IMG/VR virus record: IMGVR_UViG_3300024346_006511
Span: 1-64,000 of that record
DNA: 64,000 nt
Origin: a virus
Strand: one strand, 5' to 3'
Shown: in pieces, positions 28,879 to 38,704 of the stretch
Layout: the number at the start of each line of letters is the position of its first letter
Numbering within the stretch: the stretch's first letter is position 1
Made by a program: the position numbers and the translations under genes
The notes under the pieces: model-generated
What the model was told of the DNA's origin: nothing
Seen by the model: the letters and a program-made list of their open reading frames with translations, nothing else
Databases searched by the model: none

Positions 28879-29608
28879 ATGTTTCTTCTGTTAGTTTAAA
28901 GTACTCTTTACTCAACCTAGTACCTAAGTTATATTCCTGTCCTTCTCCTAGATTTTGAAGCCGTTTATTATCTTCTCTACTTGCTAAAAGTCTATATGCA
29001 TCTTCAAATACACTTACATACGACATAGGAGTCTTATCCCAATCTCGTCTTTGATCTGTATCTTTTAATCCTGCATGACCAGTAAATGCATGTTTGTTAG
29101 AAAAGTCTTTATTGAATCCGTCAAACCCTACAAAGTACACTCTACGTGCTCTTGTAGATAAAGCAAGTATAATCAATCTAAGAATAGCTCCAGACTTTTG
29201 TGCTGGTCTATAATTATATTTGTATCCATCGATAGTGTACCTACTTTCTTTATCAAATAAATCACCATACTCAATATGCATATTAAAGACTTCATGCTCT
29301 ATATCTTTAACAAACTTTTTAAACTCTTGTGAATTCTCTTTACCTCTATAATGCTCAGGTTCAAAGTAAGCAAATGGTTTATTAGTTCTTAGTTTATCTT
29401 TTAATATTATATTAGATAGGTCAGTCTGAAAGCCTAATTGATATAGATCTATATTCTGTGACCTTACTCTTTCATTTTTATAAAAATCATTACAAGTCCA
29501 TATGTAAGTATCAGGTGTAATTATACCTTCCCATTTAACATCCAAGGTAGATGTTCCTCCTCCTATAATTAATATATCCTTATTGTTATACTTTTTCTGA
29601 AAGTCCAT
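28862..29608 (-). CDS. CstII/GT42-like putative sialyltransferase
   Basis: IIGGGTS, TCNDFY (CstII CNQFY), SG, VYFVGFD. Confidence 0.55.
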   Translation of the reverse strand: MDFQKKYNNKDILIIGGGTSTLDVKWEGIITPDTYIWTCNDFYKNERVRSQNIDLYQLGFQTDLSNIILKDKLRTNKPFAYFEPEHYRGKENSQEFKKFVKDIEHEVFNMHIEYGDLFDKESRYTIDGYKYNYRPAQKSGAILRLIILALSTRARRVYFVGFDGFNKDFSNKHAFTGHAGLKDTDQRRDWDKTPMSYVSVFEDAYRLLASREDNKRLQNLGEGQEYNLGTRLSKEYFKLTEETYEAIR

Positions 29609-30683
29609 ATTTGTTTAAGTCTATATAGCTTAACTCTTGTACACATCTACTGATATATTCAGGAGTAAGTATTCCTCTTTCTATTACGTCTTTTACATCT
29701 TCTTTAGTACATCTTATATGAGCATCAAACATTGGAGCTAGTTCCTCATATCTCTTTTCTAAAAAAGCTGCTTGTTTATTATAATTAATATAAGAACTTT
29801 TAAGGTAGTCGACAAGCTCTCCAGTGTTTAATTGTCTAAAATTAAAATAATCATAAGGACCATATAGTATCTGGTCTCCTTCTGTTTTCCACATATTAGC
29901 ATTGAAACTAAAAAATGGAGTCTTACCTAAGAATGACATTATAGCTCCATGGTGCCTACCTGTAAGATTAATTTTAGCTTTCTTAACTGAATGATAATAC
30001 TGTTCGAAGGTTCCTTCTTCAATTACTATATCATCTAGTCTTCCAGAAGCTAGTTCTCCATCGCTAAAAGGATTGCCAGGGAAGCCTAAATACTTTGCTG
30101 AGTAACCTTCTTCTTTTATTGTATTAATTGCTTTAAAGTAAGCATTTATTTGAGGACCTATTGTTTCATGTTCTTTAGCTAATGCTCCAAAGCCGAAACA
30201 GAAATCTAAATCCTTTTCTACTTTTTCATCTTCAAAGTAATTAGTACCTAAATCAGGATAAAGTTTAATATTAGTAAGTGAAGTATTCTTTAAGAGAAAC
30301 AAATATGATATCGGCTCTCGTAATGCTACTACCTTACATCTAGATAAAAACTCTTCATGAACTTTTAACATATCTAAGTTACATTGGATAGATAAGTTAA
30401 CTAAGTGTACATCTACTCCTCGATCCATATACCATCTCATTATTGGACCATTGTTTGCAAAACCGCCAGGCATTTGATAATGATGACCAAAGCTTCCTTC
30501 TCCATTTACAATTACCAAGTCATATACTAATTCAGGTCTGAATTCTTTATTGTTTACTCCAACGTAAGTTACATTACTATCCGGATAAACTTCATTTAAA
30601 GTCTTTCTAAGAGAATGGCTTACTAGTTGACAACCAAAGTTCTTACTGCTTATTGTATCATTTAGTACTAATATGTTTTTCAT
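29586..30683 (-). CDS. Polysaccharide pyruvyl transferase family
   Basis: NFGC, NGEGS, LREPIS, PD, TGRHHG. Confidence 0.75.
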   Translation of the reverse strand: MKNILVLNDTISSKNFGCQLVSHSLRKTLNEVYPDSNVTYVGVNNKEFRPELVYDLVIVNGEGSFGHHYQMPGGFANNGPIMRWYMDRGVDVHLVNLSIQCNLDMLKVHEEFLSRCKVVALREPISYLFLLKNTSLTNIKLYPDLGTNYFEDEKVEKDLDFCFGFGALAKEHETIGPQINAYFKAINTIKEEGYSAKYLGFPGNPFSDGELASGRLDDIVIEEGTFEQYYHSVKKAKINLTGRHHGAIMSFLGKTPFFSFNANMWKTEGDQILYGPYDYFNFRQLNTGELVDYLKSSYINYNKQAAFLEKRYEELAPMFDAHIRCTKEDVKDVIERGILTPEYISRCVQELSYIDLNKYGLSEKV

Positions 30684-31534
30684 TAACCTCTTAGCTTTTC
30701 TCTTACAGGTTTTTCTGATTCAGTTACTTGTATAATTCCATCTCCATATGCATCTTCTAATTCTCTAATACCTGAAACTAGTTTAAATAGTCCATGAGGT
30801 GTTACTGAAGCGCTATGATCAGAGCCTTCCATTGTTCTATCTAATGTAATATGTCTCTCTATAATAGAAGCTCCTAATAGTACTGAAGCTACTGTTGTTC
30901 CAAGAAGCATTTCATGACCTGAATATCCTATTTCGAAGTCAGGATATTTCTCAGTTAATGTCTTAATAGCAGACAAATTTAATTCCTTAACAGGTGCTGG
31001 GTATGTAGAATTACAGTGTAGTAATCCTATCTTATCTGTCTTATTATAGTATGCCTTAGCTATTCTCAGAGTGTCTACTGCATGATCTATCTCTTCTTCG
31101 GTCGACATACCAGTTGAAAATATAATCTTTGGAAATCTCTCTACACAAGCAGTAAGTAATTCATCATCAGTCAGTGAAGCAGAAGGTAACTTAATAAATG
31201 GTAAGTTATATTGCTCTAAAAACTTTACAGAATCCATATCCCAGGGAGAAGCTGACCAGGCAATTCCTTGCTGTTTACAGTAACGATCAATCTCATCATA
31301 CTCCTCTTTGCCAAACTCGACTTTATATTTGTATTCGAGATATGTCATATCTGTACCTTGCCAGCTTCTCGGCTTGTTCTTCTGTGCCTCAGGTACACAC
31401 ACGTCTGGGTTTCTTTTCTGGAACTTGACTGCATCACAACCTGCTGCGGCAGCAATATCAATTAATCTTTTAGCAATAGCTAAATCTCCTTGATGATTTA
31501 TTCCAATTTCTCCAATAATGTAAGTCTTCTTCAT
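30683..31534 (-). CDS. neuB: NeuB-family nonulosonate synthase (no SAF domain)
   Basis: EIGINHQG, AVKFQK, HCNSTYP, GYSGHE, IERHITLDR, GSDH. Confidence 0.92.
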   Translation of the reverse strand: MKKTYIIGEIGINHQGDLAIAKRLIDIAAAAGCDAVKFQKRNPDVCVPEAQKNKPRSWQGTDMTYLEYKYKVEFGKEEYDEIDRYCKQQGIAWSASPWDMDSVKFLEQYNLPFIKLPSASLTDDELLTACVERFPKIIFSTGMSTEEEIDHAVDTLRIAKAYYNKTDKIGLLHCNSTYPAPVKELNLSAIKTLTEKYPDFEIGYSGHEMLLGTTVASVLLGASIIERHITLDRTMEGSDHSASVTPHGLFKLVSGIRELEDAYGDGIIQVTESEKPVREKLRG

Positions 31535-31536
31535 AA

Positions 31537-31860
31537 CTATATTTCTTCTATTCGTTTAGTTTTATCGCATATCATTAGATCATAAGCTGGTTTATGTCCA
31601 CATATCAAATGATGATATCTAGCACCTGCACTATCTAATTGCGTTTGAGTTAATGGGAACCAGTCTATTTTAGATACTGAACCTCTGGCTGTATAATAAG
31701 TGATTGTATGTCCTTCGTCATATAACTTATTAATCTTCTCTATGTTAATATCAATAGGTGTTGCTAAGGTATAATCAGTTCTATCATCACTAGGTTGATA
31801 GTCCATAACAGTTTCATCAATATCAACATAAATATTTAATTTCTTTTCGCTTGTAACCAT
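31537..31860 (-). CDS. HAD-family phosphatase
   Basis: DIDET, YTARG, KP, CDK. Confidence 0.8.
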   Translation of the reverse strand: MVTSEKKLNIYVDIDETVMDYQPSDDRTDYTLATPIDINIEKINKLYDEGHTITYYTARGSVSKIDWFPLTQTQLDSAGARYHHLICGHKPAYDLMICDKTKRIEEI

Positions 31861-31885
31861 AATTTAATATAAGAAAAATAACTTA

Positions 31886-32356
31886 TTAAAGCAACTTATT
31901 TTCAGTTTTTAAAATCCTTTCTATAGACTTTCCTTTACCTAGTTCTATATTATTTTTTAAGAACCATTCACTCTCTATTCTCGCTATACCTTTTTTACTT
32001 TCTAAGGTATGATGAGTGATTACCATATCTTTATATCTAGTAGTCATAAACTCATGAGGGTATGTTGAACTCTCAATATAATGTATGTCTACATCTTTGA
32101 ACTTATACAAGTGAGAAACATCTCCTATGAGAGCTGCTCTCTTTTTATTCTTAACTACTTCTAATGGTTCTCCGTAATACTCCAAGAGTCTCTCAAGGTC
32201 TTTATGGTCATATGTAAATACATCTACATCGTTAATTACATTATCAGAGGAACCTAAAAGGAAATAATCTTCTATACTTCCTCCTATGTAAGCATCTTCC
32301 GTGTAATAAAGAATAGTCTTGAGATGATATTCTAAATGAGCTGGAATATTATGCAT
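31886..32356 (-). CDS. Nucleotidyltransferase-like protein
   Basis: IGGS...NDVD. Confidence 0.45.
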   Translation of the reverse strand: MHNIPAHLEYHLKTILYYTEDAYIGGSIEDYFLLGSSDNVINDVDVFTYDHKDLERLLEYYGEPLEVVKNKKRAALIGDVSHLYKFKDVDIHYIESSTYPHEFMTTRYKDMVITHHTLESKKGIARIESEWFLKNNIELGKGKSIERILKTENKLL

Positions 32357-32359
32357 TAA

Positions 32360-32947
32360 CTAAAATTCTGATCTACTTCTAGTAACTTTATTAGTAAGTG
32401 TTTGAACCTTTTGTGTTTGTATTACTATGAATGTATCGTTAACTTCTATTGTCTTATATTTAGGAGAGTGTTTAATTAGAAACTCGTCTACTGCCTGTTT
32501 AGTTCCATCGAATGTTTGATAGTCTGTAACTATAATTACGCTTCCTGGAGGCATATACTTTTCAAAGTTTTCTAATCCATGAAGTGTGCTTGAGTAACTA
32601 ATCAAATGTGAATGCACAATAGAGACAGGAGTCTTATCATACCTTGTAGGTAACGTCTCTTCTATATAACCTTTAACTAACTCAACTTTGGTATTGATAG
32701 TATTCTTAATATCATAAGCTGGTTGTGGAGGTCTTTTAAAGTCTCCTTTTTTAAACGCTTGATTATCTTCAGAGGTTGGTTCATTATATCCATCAAAGGA
32801 TTCATAAATCCAAATGTTCCTTTTATTTATTTCTATATTATTCATGTAGGAAATAAATTCTTTCAAACTATTACCTCTACCGAATCCTAATTCAATCAGA
32901 GACCCAGGTACTGCGTCTGCTAATTTAAGTGCGTCTTTATATTCCAT
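32360..32947 (-). CDS. TylF/MycF-family O-methyltransferase-like
   Basis: GSLIELGFGRGNS, ESFDG, LVKG..EETL; acidic metal ligands look degenerate. Confidence 0.7.
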   Translation of the reverse strand: MEYKDALKLADAVPGSLIELGFGRGNSLKEFISYMNNIEINKRNIWIYESFDGYNEPTSEDNQAFKKGDFKRPPQPAYDIKNTINTKVELVKGYIEETLPTRYDKTPVSIVHSHLISYSSTLHGLENFEKYMPPGSVIIVTDYQTFDGTKQAVDEFLIKHSPKYKTIEVNDTFIVIQTQKVQTLTNKVTRSRSEF

Positions 32948-32961
32948 ATTTATAAATAGGT

Positions 32962-33120
32962 TTATCTTGGATTAGGTACCAATCTAAAATTACAGCCAGG
33001 CTTTCCATTTATCATCGGCATTCCAAATTCATCATACTCTATAGTCTTAACCTTAACTCTTTTATTTTTAAATCTACCAACCATGATAGTATCTCCTACT
33101 TTGACATCTATCTTAATCAT
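32962..33120 (-). CDS. Hypothetical protein, 52 aa
   Basis: Not in ORF track; MIKIDVKVGDTIMVGRFKNK... Confidence 0.6.
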   Translation of the reverse strand: MIKIDVKVGDTIMVGRFKNKRVKVKTIEYDEFGMPMINGKPGCNFRLVPNPR

Positions 33121-33740
33121 AATGTATCGTAATATTCGTTTTGCTTTTCTTGCCTCTCTATGTCTTTAGGGTGGTAAAGTGCCATAGATTCTATTTGAGG
33201 CAATGGAGCATACGTCTTGAACCCTTCAAGCTTTTCATGCACCTTATTAACCCAGTTTATATCATCTGAGTTTTTATATATTCTCCATTGGTAATCAGGC
33301 CAGTTAACCCATCCTGAATCATTTACATTCCAACCCCATTTACTAATATGTTCATCTGTTAATCCATCAACAGTGTTAACTCTAGGAACTAAGTAAACTT
33401 CATTATCAGGATTAGATTCTAGTATGCCTGGAAGATTAGCTATCAAAGCTTCGTTAGGTATTTCATCTGCATCTATCTGAAAGATATAATCTCCACCGCA
33501 TAAGGAGGTAAGTTTATTTTTCCAATCAGCAAAGTGACCTTTAAACGTTTCTGGGAATGCTAGTACTAGTTGTTGGCTCTGTAGACCTACTAGGTAGTCC
33601 CATACTTCTGCTGTACCGTTACGCTTATCGAATAGAATTATAACTTCATCCTCTTCTCTAATATTAGACATTAGGGTAGATACGAGTTTTTGAATCTCTT
33701 TGTATTCGTTACAAACTGTTATGGCATAGCTTATTATCAT
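33117..33740 (-). CDS. Glycosyltransferase family 2
   Basis: AITVCNE, IDADE, PDYQ.R, VHE. Confidence 0.85.
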   Translation of the reverse strand: MIISYAITVCNEYKEIQKLVSTLMSNIREEDEVIILFDKRNGTAEVWDYLVGLQSQQLVLAFPETFKGHFADWKNKLTSLCGGDYIFQIDADEIPNEALIANLPGILESNPDNEVYLVPRVNTVDGLTDEHISKWGWNVNDSGWVNWPDYQWRIYKNSDDINWVNKVHEKLEGFKTYAPLPQIESMALYHPKDIERQEKQNEYYDTL

Positions 33741-34207
33741 GCTTGTGGTGCTAAAGCAAAGAACCCTATATGATCCATAGCGTCCATAAAGTCATCTTTA
33801 CCGAATACTTTCTTCGCTGACATTTCCATCTTATAATCATTTCCTTCCGGAAACTTACCAGATGCTCTATCCTCTTTGGTTAACTTAACAGCTTTTACAG
33901 CAGTCCAGCTCCAGTTGTCTTTATCTGAACCGTCTAAGAAAACCATTCCTTTAGCAGGTAATGTAATCGTAGCAGGAAGCCATACTTTTTTATCCTTATC
34001 TGTATGTAATAAATCCTTATACAGTGAAGGAGCTGTTTCTAGCAAATTATTGACTGTTGTTGATCCTTCAGTCATTATTGTTGAAGTAGTAAAGCCACTA
34101 CCGAAACATAGCCACGTTGTTATTGTTTTTCCTTCTTGTTCAAATGATGTTTCATAACATGCATCACTTCCGAAAGGACCTTCTACTAATGAATCTTTAT
34201 CTATCAT
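33737..34207 (-). CDS. Hypothetical protein
   Basis: ORF track. Confidence 0.7.
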   Translation of the reverse strand: MIDKDSLVEGPFGSDACYETSFEQEGKTITTWLCFGSGFTTSTIMTEGSTTVNNLLETAPSLYKDLLHTDKDKKVWLPATITLPAKGMVFLDGSDKDNWSWTAVKAVKLTKEDRASGKFPEGNDYKMEMSAKKVFGKDDFMDAMDHIGFFALAPQA

Positions 34208-34210
34208 AAC

Positions 34211-35491
34211 TTATAATTTTGGTAAATCTAATTTAGGTAATGTTAATTGTATTTGTTTAGGAAATTCTGGAAGATTACTATCTAATAGTTCGACTATCCT
34301 TTCACTCATTTTCTCAAATGTAAACTCTTCTAAGATTACTCTTCTTTGCTTTCTAGCTCCTACTATGCAATCTTTATAATGTTTAAATGTTTTCTTATAT
34401 GCCTTAGATACATCTGAATCGCTAGGTGTAAACCAAGCAGCTTCTGTAATAATCATATCCTTAAGCACAGAAGAAGGATGTACTTTCTCAATTGTACCTC
34501 CGATCAGTATTGATAAATCTTTATCTAAGAAATCTGTTTGACCTGACCATCCTGAGGCAATAATAGGTTTGCCTGTAGTAGCAAATTCAGCTAACGGTCT
34601 ACCGTATCCTTCCCCTTTAGTATGGCTAACCATGACTTTAACTTTAGGGTGATTATATAGATCGTTCATTTCACCATCTGTTAATTCTCCATGTAGTAAG
34701 TATATGTTAGCTAACCTTCCTCCTTTTACTGTTTTTCTAATAGAGTCTATCTTGCTAAGTATCTTTTCTCTGTCTATAATAGAGGTAGAAGAGGTACTAC
34801 ATTTTAATATTAAAGCAGGTTGCTTCTGTTTTGTTTTAAACGTTTCTAAGAACGTCTTTACAGTGTAGCCTATATTCTTTCTATCGTGTCCAAAGTCTCC
34901 TTGCATCCAATGTCCTACACTAAGATAACAAAATGATTCTGGTATAGTATTAATATCTGAGGTAAACTCTGTCTTTGCTGATGTTTTAGTTTGAAAGTAT
35001 TTAGTAGTATCTACTCCTTCAAATAGAACCTCAATAGGCTTTTCTAATTTTAGTTCCTTAATCTTCTGATTTGTATTTTTATCTATTGCATCTACTACTG
35101 TATTAACAAATACATTCTTCGAGTGCTCAGAAGATGTTAGTATAAGATCCATCTTATTACATCCCTCTAACCAACCTCCATGGCATTGGTCAGTCTCAAT
35201 ACCAGCAGTAACGCCAATACTATACTTACCAACGTTTTGAAATTCATTCGGTACAGTAATCTGAATCCATATGTCAGGTTGAGTTTGAAGACCAGGTATA
35301 ATTAGAGACGATAATTCATCTTCTTTATGATCTTCTAGGTAACCAAATTTAGTATTACCCCAGCGTTGACTTATTATATTAACGTTGTATGTACCTGTAT
35401 TGACTATAGCTTTAACAAAGTCTCTTGACCTAGCTCCATATCCAGAGTAAGTATCTATAGGGCAACTTATAACTAGTGTTGATTTACTCAT
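34211..35491 (-). CDS. Glycosyltransferase family 4 (GT-B)
   Basis: SGYG, RKN, GEGYGRPLAE. Confidence 0.85.
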   Translation of the reverse strand: MSKSTLVISCPIDTYSGYGARSRDFVKAIVNTGTYNVNIISQRWGNTKFGYLEDHKEDELSSLIIPGLQTQPDIWIQITVPNEFQNVGKYSIGVTAGIETDQCHGGWLEGCNKMDLILTSSEHSKNVFVNTVVDAIDKNTNQKIKELKLEKPIEVLFEGVDTTKYFQTKTSAKTEFTSDINTIPESFCYLSVGHWMQGDFGHDRKNIGYTVKTFLETFKTKQKQPALILKCSTSSTSIIDREKILSKIDSIRKTVKGGRLANIYLLHGELTDGEMNDLYNHPKVKVMVSHTKGEGYGRPLAEFATTGKPIIASGWSGQTDFLDKDLSILIGGTIEKVHPSSVLKDMIITEAAWFTPSDSDVSKAYKKTFKHYKDCIVGARKQRRVILEEFTFEKMSERIVELLDSNLPEFPKQIQLTLPKLDLPKL

Positions 35492-35492
35492 A

Positions 35493-36929
35493 TTAATAAC
35501 CTGTTAATTTATGTTTAATTAATTTACTTGGTTGATTTTCAACCTTAATAAGATCGTATCTAGGTCTAGGAACATAAGTCTCAAATGTTTCTTCTATAGC
35601 TTCTGCTATCCTATCACTCATTACTTTAGCTGTAAAGCCAGCTTCTTCTGACATAGCCCATTCTCTACCTTTAAGTCCTCTAGCATCTCTTTCTTCCTTA
35701 GGTAAGTTAAATACTTCTTCTAATCTATCTGCTACTGCTTCTGGAGAGCATCTATCGTCAAATATATACGGAGTAGGTACTGAACCTGCAAGAGAAATAT
35801 TATCTGGAAAGACTGGTAAGTTCCATTCTCCATGTTCTTTATACGTCCCTCTATGGTTAGAAGGTATATCAGCAGAAGGAGTATACCATTCTCCGTTCTC
35901 ATCTACGAATCTACTTTGATCTTGCATTCCACCGGTAACATTTGATATTGTCATCGTACCAGCAAGCATCGATTCAGTTAGAGATAATCCCCATCCTTCG
36001 TTTGATGATATCAACATTGTAACGTCTGCTAAGTTATACATACCGTTCATCTGGATAGGATTGATCTTAGTCGTAGAGAAGAATACATTAACGTACTCTG
36101 GATCACAGAGTGCATTCTTAACGGCGTTTAAGTCTGTACCGTGTTGGTCAACAGGAGCTGTATGCATTACTAACGCACACTTTTTAGCTTTTTCTTTTCC
36201 TATCTTATCACAGAATAGTTTAAAAGCTAGTATTACATCTGCTGGTCTCTTTCTCTGAATGTTTCTAGAGTTAAAGAAAGCAACAAATTCATACTCTTTA
36301 CCGTTGAATACGCCTTTTTTAAAGTTTAAAAACTCTTCATTCTCTTTTGCATTTTCAATAGGTCTAAAGATATCAGTATCTATTCCATGAGGAATATATT
36401 TTAATAGCTTATCATCTGCTTTGTTTCCTAATACTAATTGATTAATTAATTTAGTCTGCTTAGAAATACTAAGAAGAGTATCTACTGAATCGTAGTAGTT
36501 TTCATTGTACTTAGGTGCAGGAAACTCATCCCAGATGTTTAACCAGATGATAGGAATTTGGCTTCTAACTTCTCTTTCAATTTCAAATAACCAAATCCAA
36601 TATCTAGGATCAGTAAAGATAAAAATAGCATCAGGCTTTTCTCTCTTTAGAAGATCTCTAACTAATTGGGCATTACCGTATCCACTGTAAGGAAGTATCC
36701 TAACATCTGCATCCTCTATTTTAAGTTGCTTATTAATGTCAGCTGATAGGTCTAATACCTTTCCTTTATCAGCATGATCTACTGCTGCTCCTACGTTTAA
36801 CCAATTGTAACGGTGACCGTTATTGACTACAAACTCTCTAGCCATAGTAGCTATTCCTGAATGCATTCTGATATCATCACAGAGTAGTAGTATCTTCTTT
36901 CTATCTTCTTTTTTAATATAACCTTCCAT
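35493..36929 (-). CDS. Glycosyltransferase family 4 (GT-B)
   Basis: IPHGID, RK, NEGWGLSLTES. Confidence 0.88.
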   Translation of the reverse strand: MEGYIKKEDRKKILLLCDDIRMHSGIATMAREFVVNNGHRYNWLNVGAAVDHADKGKVLDLSADINKQLKIEDADVRILPYSGYGNAQLVRDLLKREKPDAIFIFTDPRYWIWLFEIEREVRSQIPIIWLNIWDEFPAPKYNENYYDSVDTLLSISKQTKLINQLVLGNKADDKLLKYIPHGIDTDIFRPIENAKENEEFLNFKKGVFNGKEYEFVAFFNSRNIQRKRPADVILAFKLFCDKIGKEKAKKCALVMHTAPVDQHGTDLNAVKNALCDPEYVNVFFSTTKINPIQMNGMYNLADVTMLISSNEGWGLSLTESMLAGTMTISNVTGGMQDQSRFVDENGEWYTPSADIPSNHRGTYKEHGEWNLPVFPDNISLAGSVPTPYIFDDRCSPEAVADRLEEVFNLPKEERDARGLKGREWAMSEEAGFTAKVMSDRIAEAIEETFETYVPRPRYDLIKVENQPSKLIKHKLTGY

Positions 36930-36934
36930 TAACC

Positions 36935-37120
36935 TTATTTTATTTTTATGTTGTTAATCTTATGTATTTTCTCTCGAAACTCATTATTAGTAAGATAGAG
37001 AAATATTGCCCGATCTGCAAGCTTTTTAAAAGAAAATTTATCTTCTAAACATGCATGCTTAAATTTATCGAATAAGGGTTTTGTAATTTTTACCGAAGTA
37101 AGGTGTTCATCGTGTTTCAT
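36935..37120 (-). CDS. Small ribbon-helix-helix-like protein
   Basis: TSVKI strand followed by two helices. Confidence 0.5.
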   Translation of the reverse strand: MKHDEHLTSVKITKPLFDKFKHACLEDKFSFKKLADRAIFLYLTNNEFREKIHKINNIKIK

Positions 37121-37154
37121 AACTTTAATATATCTTTATATAAATATATACTTT

Positions 37155-38066
37155 TTAGACAAAAGGCGAACAATGTTCACATTTTCCGAAAGGATTAGTA
37201 CATTTGTAGTCTTTATCTACATATTGACCTTTGTCATCTAGTACATCTTCTATAAACTTATCTACTGTTGCAATTACTTGTTTAGTTTTTCTAGGACCTG
37301 CATTAGGGCTAAACTCTTGAACTCGTCTTTGCATACTAGCAAACTCTGCTTCTGCTGGTACTCTACGTTTAACGATAAAGTACTGAACATCAATCTTTTC
37401 TTTAGGTATGTTAAACTGCTTAGAAAAGTATTCTTTATACATTACAACTTGAGCTGTAAGGTTAGGGTTCTTTTTTTGATAATCTCTCCAACCGGATGTA
37501 GAAGTTTTAATGTCCATAATCGTCCAAGTGTCTGAGTTAGGATGATAAAAGACTAAGTCTACTAACCCTTTAAACATTACTCCAGGTTTAATTTGTTGAT
37601 ATAGTAGAGTTTCTACTCCAGCTAACATCATAGTTTTGGTACTGAAGTAAGACGCTCTTTTCTTAGTAAGGTACTCTAATATATGTTTACCGTCAAGCCA
37701 GAACTCAGTCATTTGATCCATATTGGAATAATGCTCTCCGTTCATTTGTGCTCTACCTCTCTTATATGATTTCACCATATTAGCGTAAAGTAGCTTACCT
37801 AAGTCTATATCGTTAGCAGTCTTTACCTTATCGTGATACATAATTGTTAACCACTCTTGCATAGTTTCATGCATAGCAGTACCAAAGCATGTATAGATAT
37901 TTTGAACAAAAGGAATATCCTTTCTAAGGTATTGCATCTCCCATAACTTAGGGCACTTATTATAAGTACTTACTGAGCTATATGAGATATGCTTATTCTT
38001 AGAAGGGGACTGTTTAATCTTACTGTTCCAAACTTCTTTTACTAAACCTTTTAGCTTCTTAGCCAT
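37155..38066 (-). CDS. PD-(D/E)XK nuclease (Cas4/RecB-like)
   Basis: SYS....CP, GTAMH, E, GLVD, DIKT, Q..Y, C-terminal Cys cluster. Confidence 0.85.
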   Translation of the reverse strand: MAKKLKGLVKEVWNSKIKQSPSKNKHISYSSVSTYNKCPKLWEMQYLRKDIPFVQNIYTCFGTAMHETMQEWLTIMYHDKVKTANDIDLGKLLYANMVKSYKRGRAQMNGEHYSNMDQMTEFWLDGKHILEYLTKKRASYFSTKTMMLAGVETLLYQQIKPGVMFKGLVDLVFYHPNSDTWTIMDIKTSTSGWRDYQKKNPNLTAQVVMYKEYFSKQFNIPKEKIDVQYFIVKRRVPAEAEFASMQRRVQEFSPNAGPRKTKQVIATVDKFIEDVLDDKGQYVDKDYKCTNPFGKCEHCSPFV

Positions 38067-38477
38067 TTAATCATTTTTCCACATACCTCTAGATACTAAC
38101 TGAGCAATAATACCGTAGTTAGTTACATCTTGAAAAGTATCAATTAGTGTTTCGTTCTGTGCTTTACGACCTGATATAATCATATTCTTCCATCTATTAA
38201 TCTTATCTGAAAGTCTATACCATAATCCAGTCATAGCAAACTCTGTCTCATCTTGAGTATCAAGATTAGTACCTGCACTTACATTATGCATACCATAGTC
38301 TAAATGCTTCTTAGCAAATAGTTCGAACTGTTCGTCCATAATTTCTTGATATCCATTGTAGATAGTTGGGTACTCATCTTTCAAAATATCTCTTGCCGAA
38401 GGAGGTCTCTTAGCATTCATAATTTCTCTATCACTCATTGTCGCCAAAATATGTTTGAAGGGTTTGTAATACATCAT
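38067..38477 (-). CDS. DUF1599 (nucleotide modification-associated domain 1) protein; start probably ~38438 or later
   Basis: KK..DYG, R..DK..R, E...DT..D..NY. Confidence 0.8.
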   Translation of the reverse strand: MMYYKPFKHILATMSDREIMNAKRPPSARDILKDEYPTIYNGYQEIMDEQFELFAKKHLDYGMHNVSAGTNLDTQDETEFAMTGLWYRLSDKINRWKNMIISGRKAQNETLIDTFQDVTNYGIIAQLVSRGMWKND

Positions 38478-38649
38478 CAGCTTCAGCTAGTGCTTTAGCT
38501 GCATCTTCTGCATTGTTGTAAAAATCTGTGGTGGAATGATCTCCTATACCAACGGGGTGGTGCATTAGTAGATCGAATGTCATTAGTGCCTTTTCTTTCT
38601 GTGCTTCAAAGGTCTTTCGAAGCATCTTAATAACTCTGTATTGTGCCAT
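38431..38649 (-). CDS. Hypothetical protein (PVGIGDH motif)
   Basis: Motif seen in small marine phage proteins; promoter upstream. Confidence 0.7.
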   Translation of the reverse strand: MAQYRVIKMLRKTFEAQKEKALMTFDLLMHHPVGIGDHSTTDFYNNAEDAAKALAEADDVLQTLQTYFGDNE

Positions 38650-38704
38650 AACGTGATTTTAATAATAACTTATATATAAAGATACGATAATTTATTTAGA
38701 CTAC

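Noticed and set aside
37155-38066. Cas4 as evidence of a CRISPR-Cas system
   Set aside because: Solo PD-(D/E)XK nuclease common in phages; no array or other cas genes
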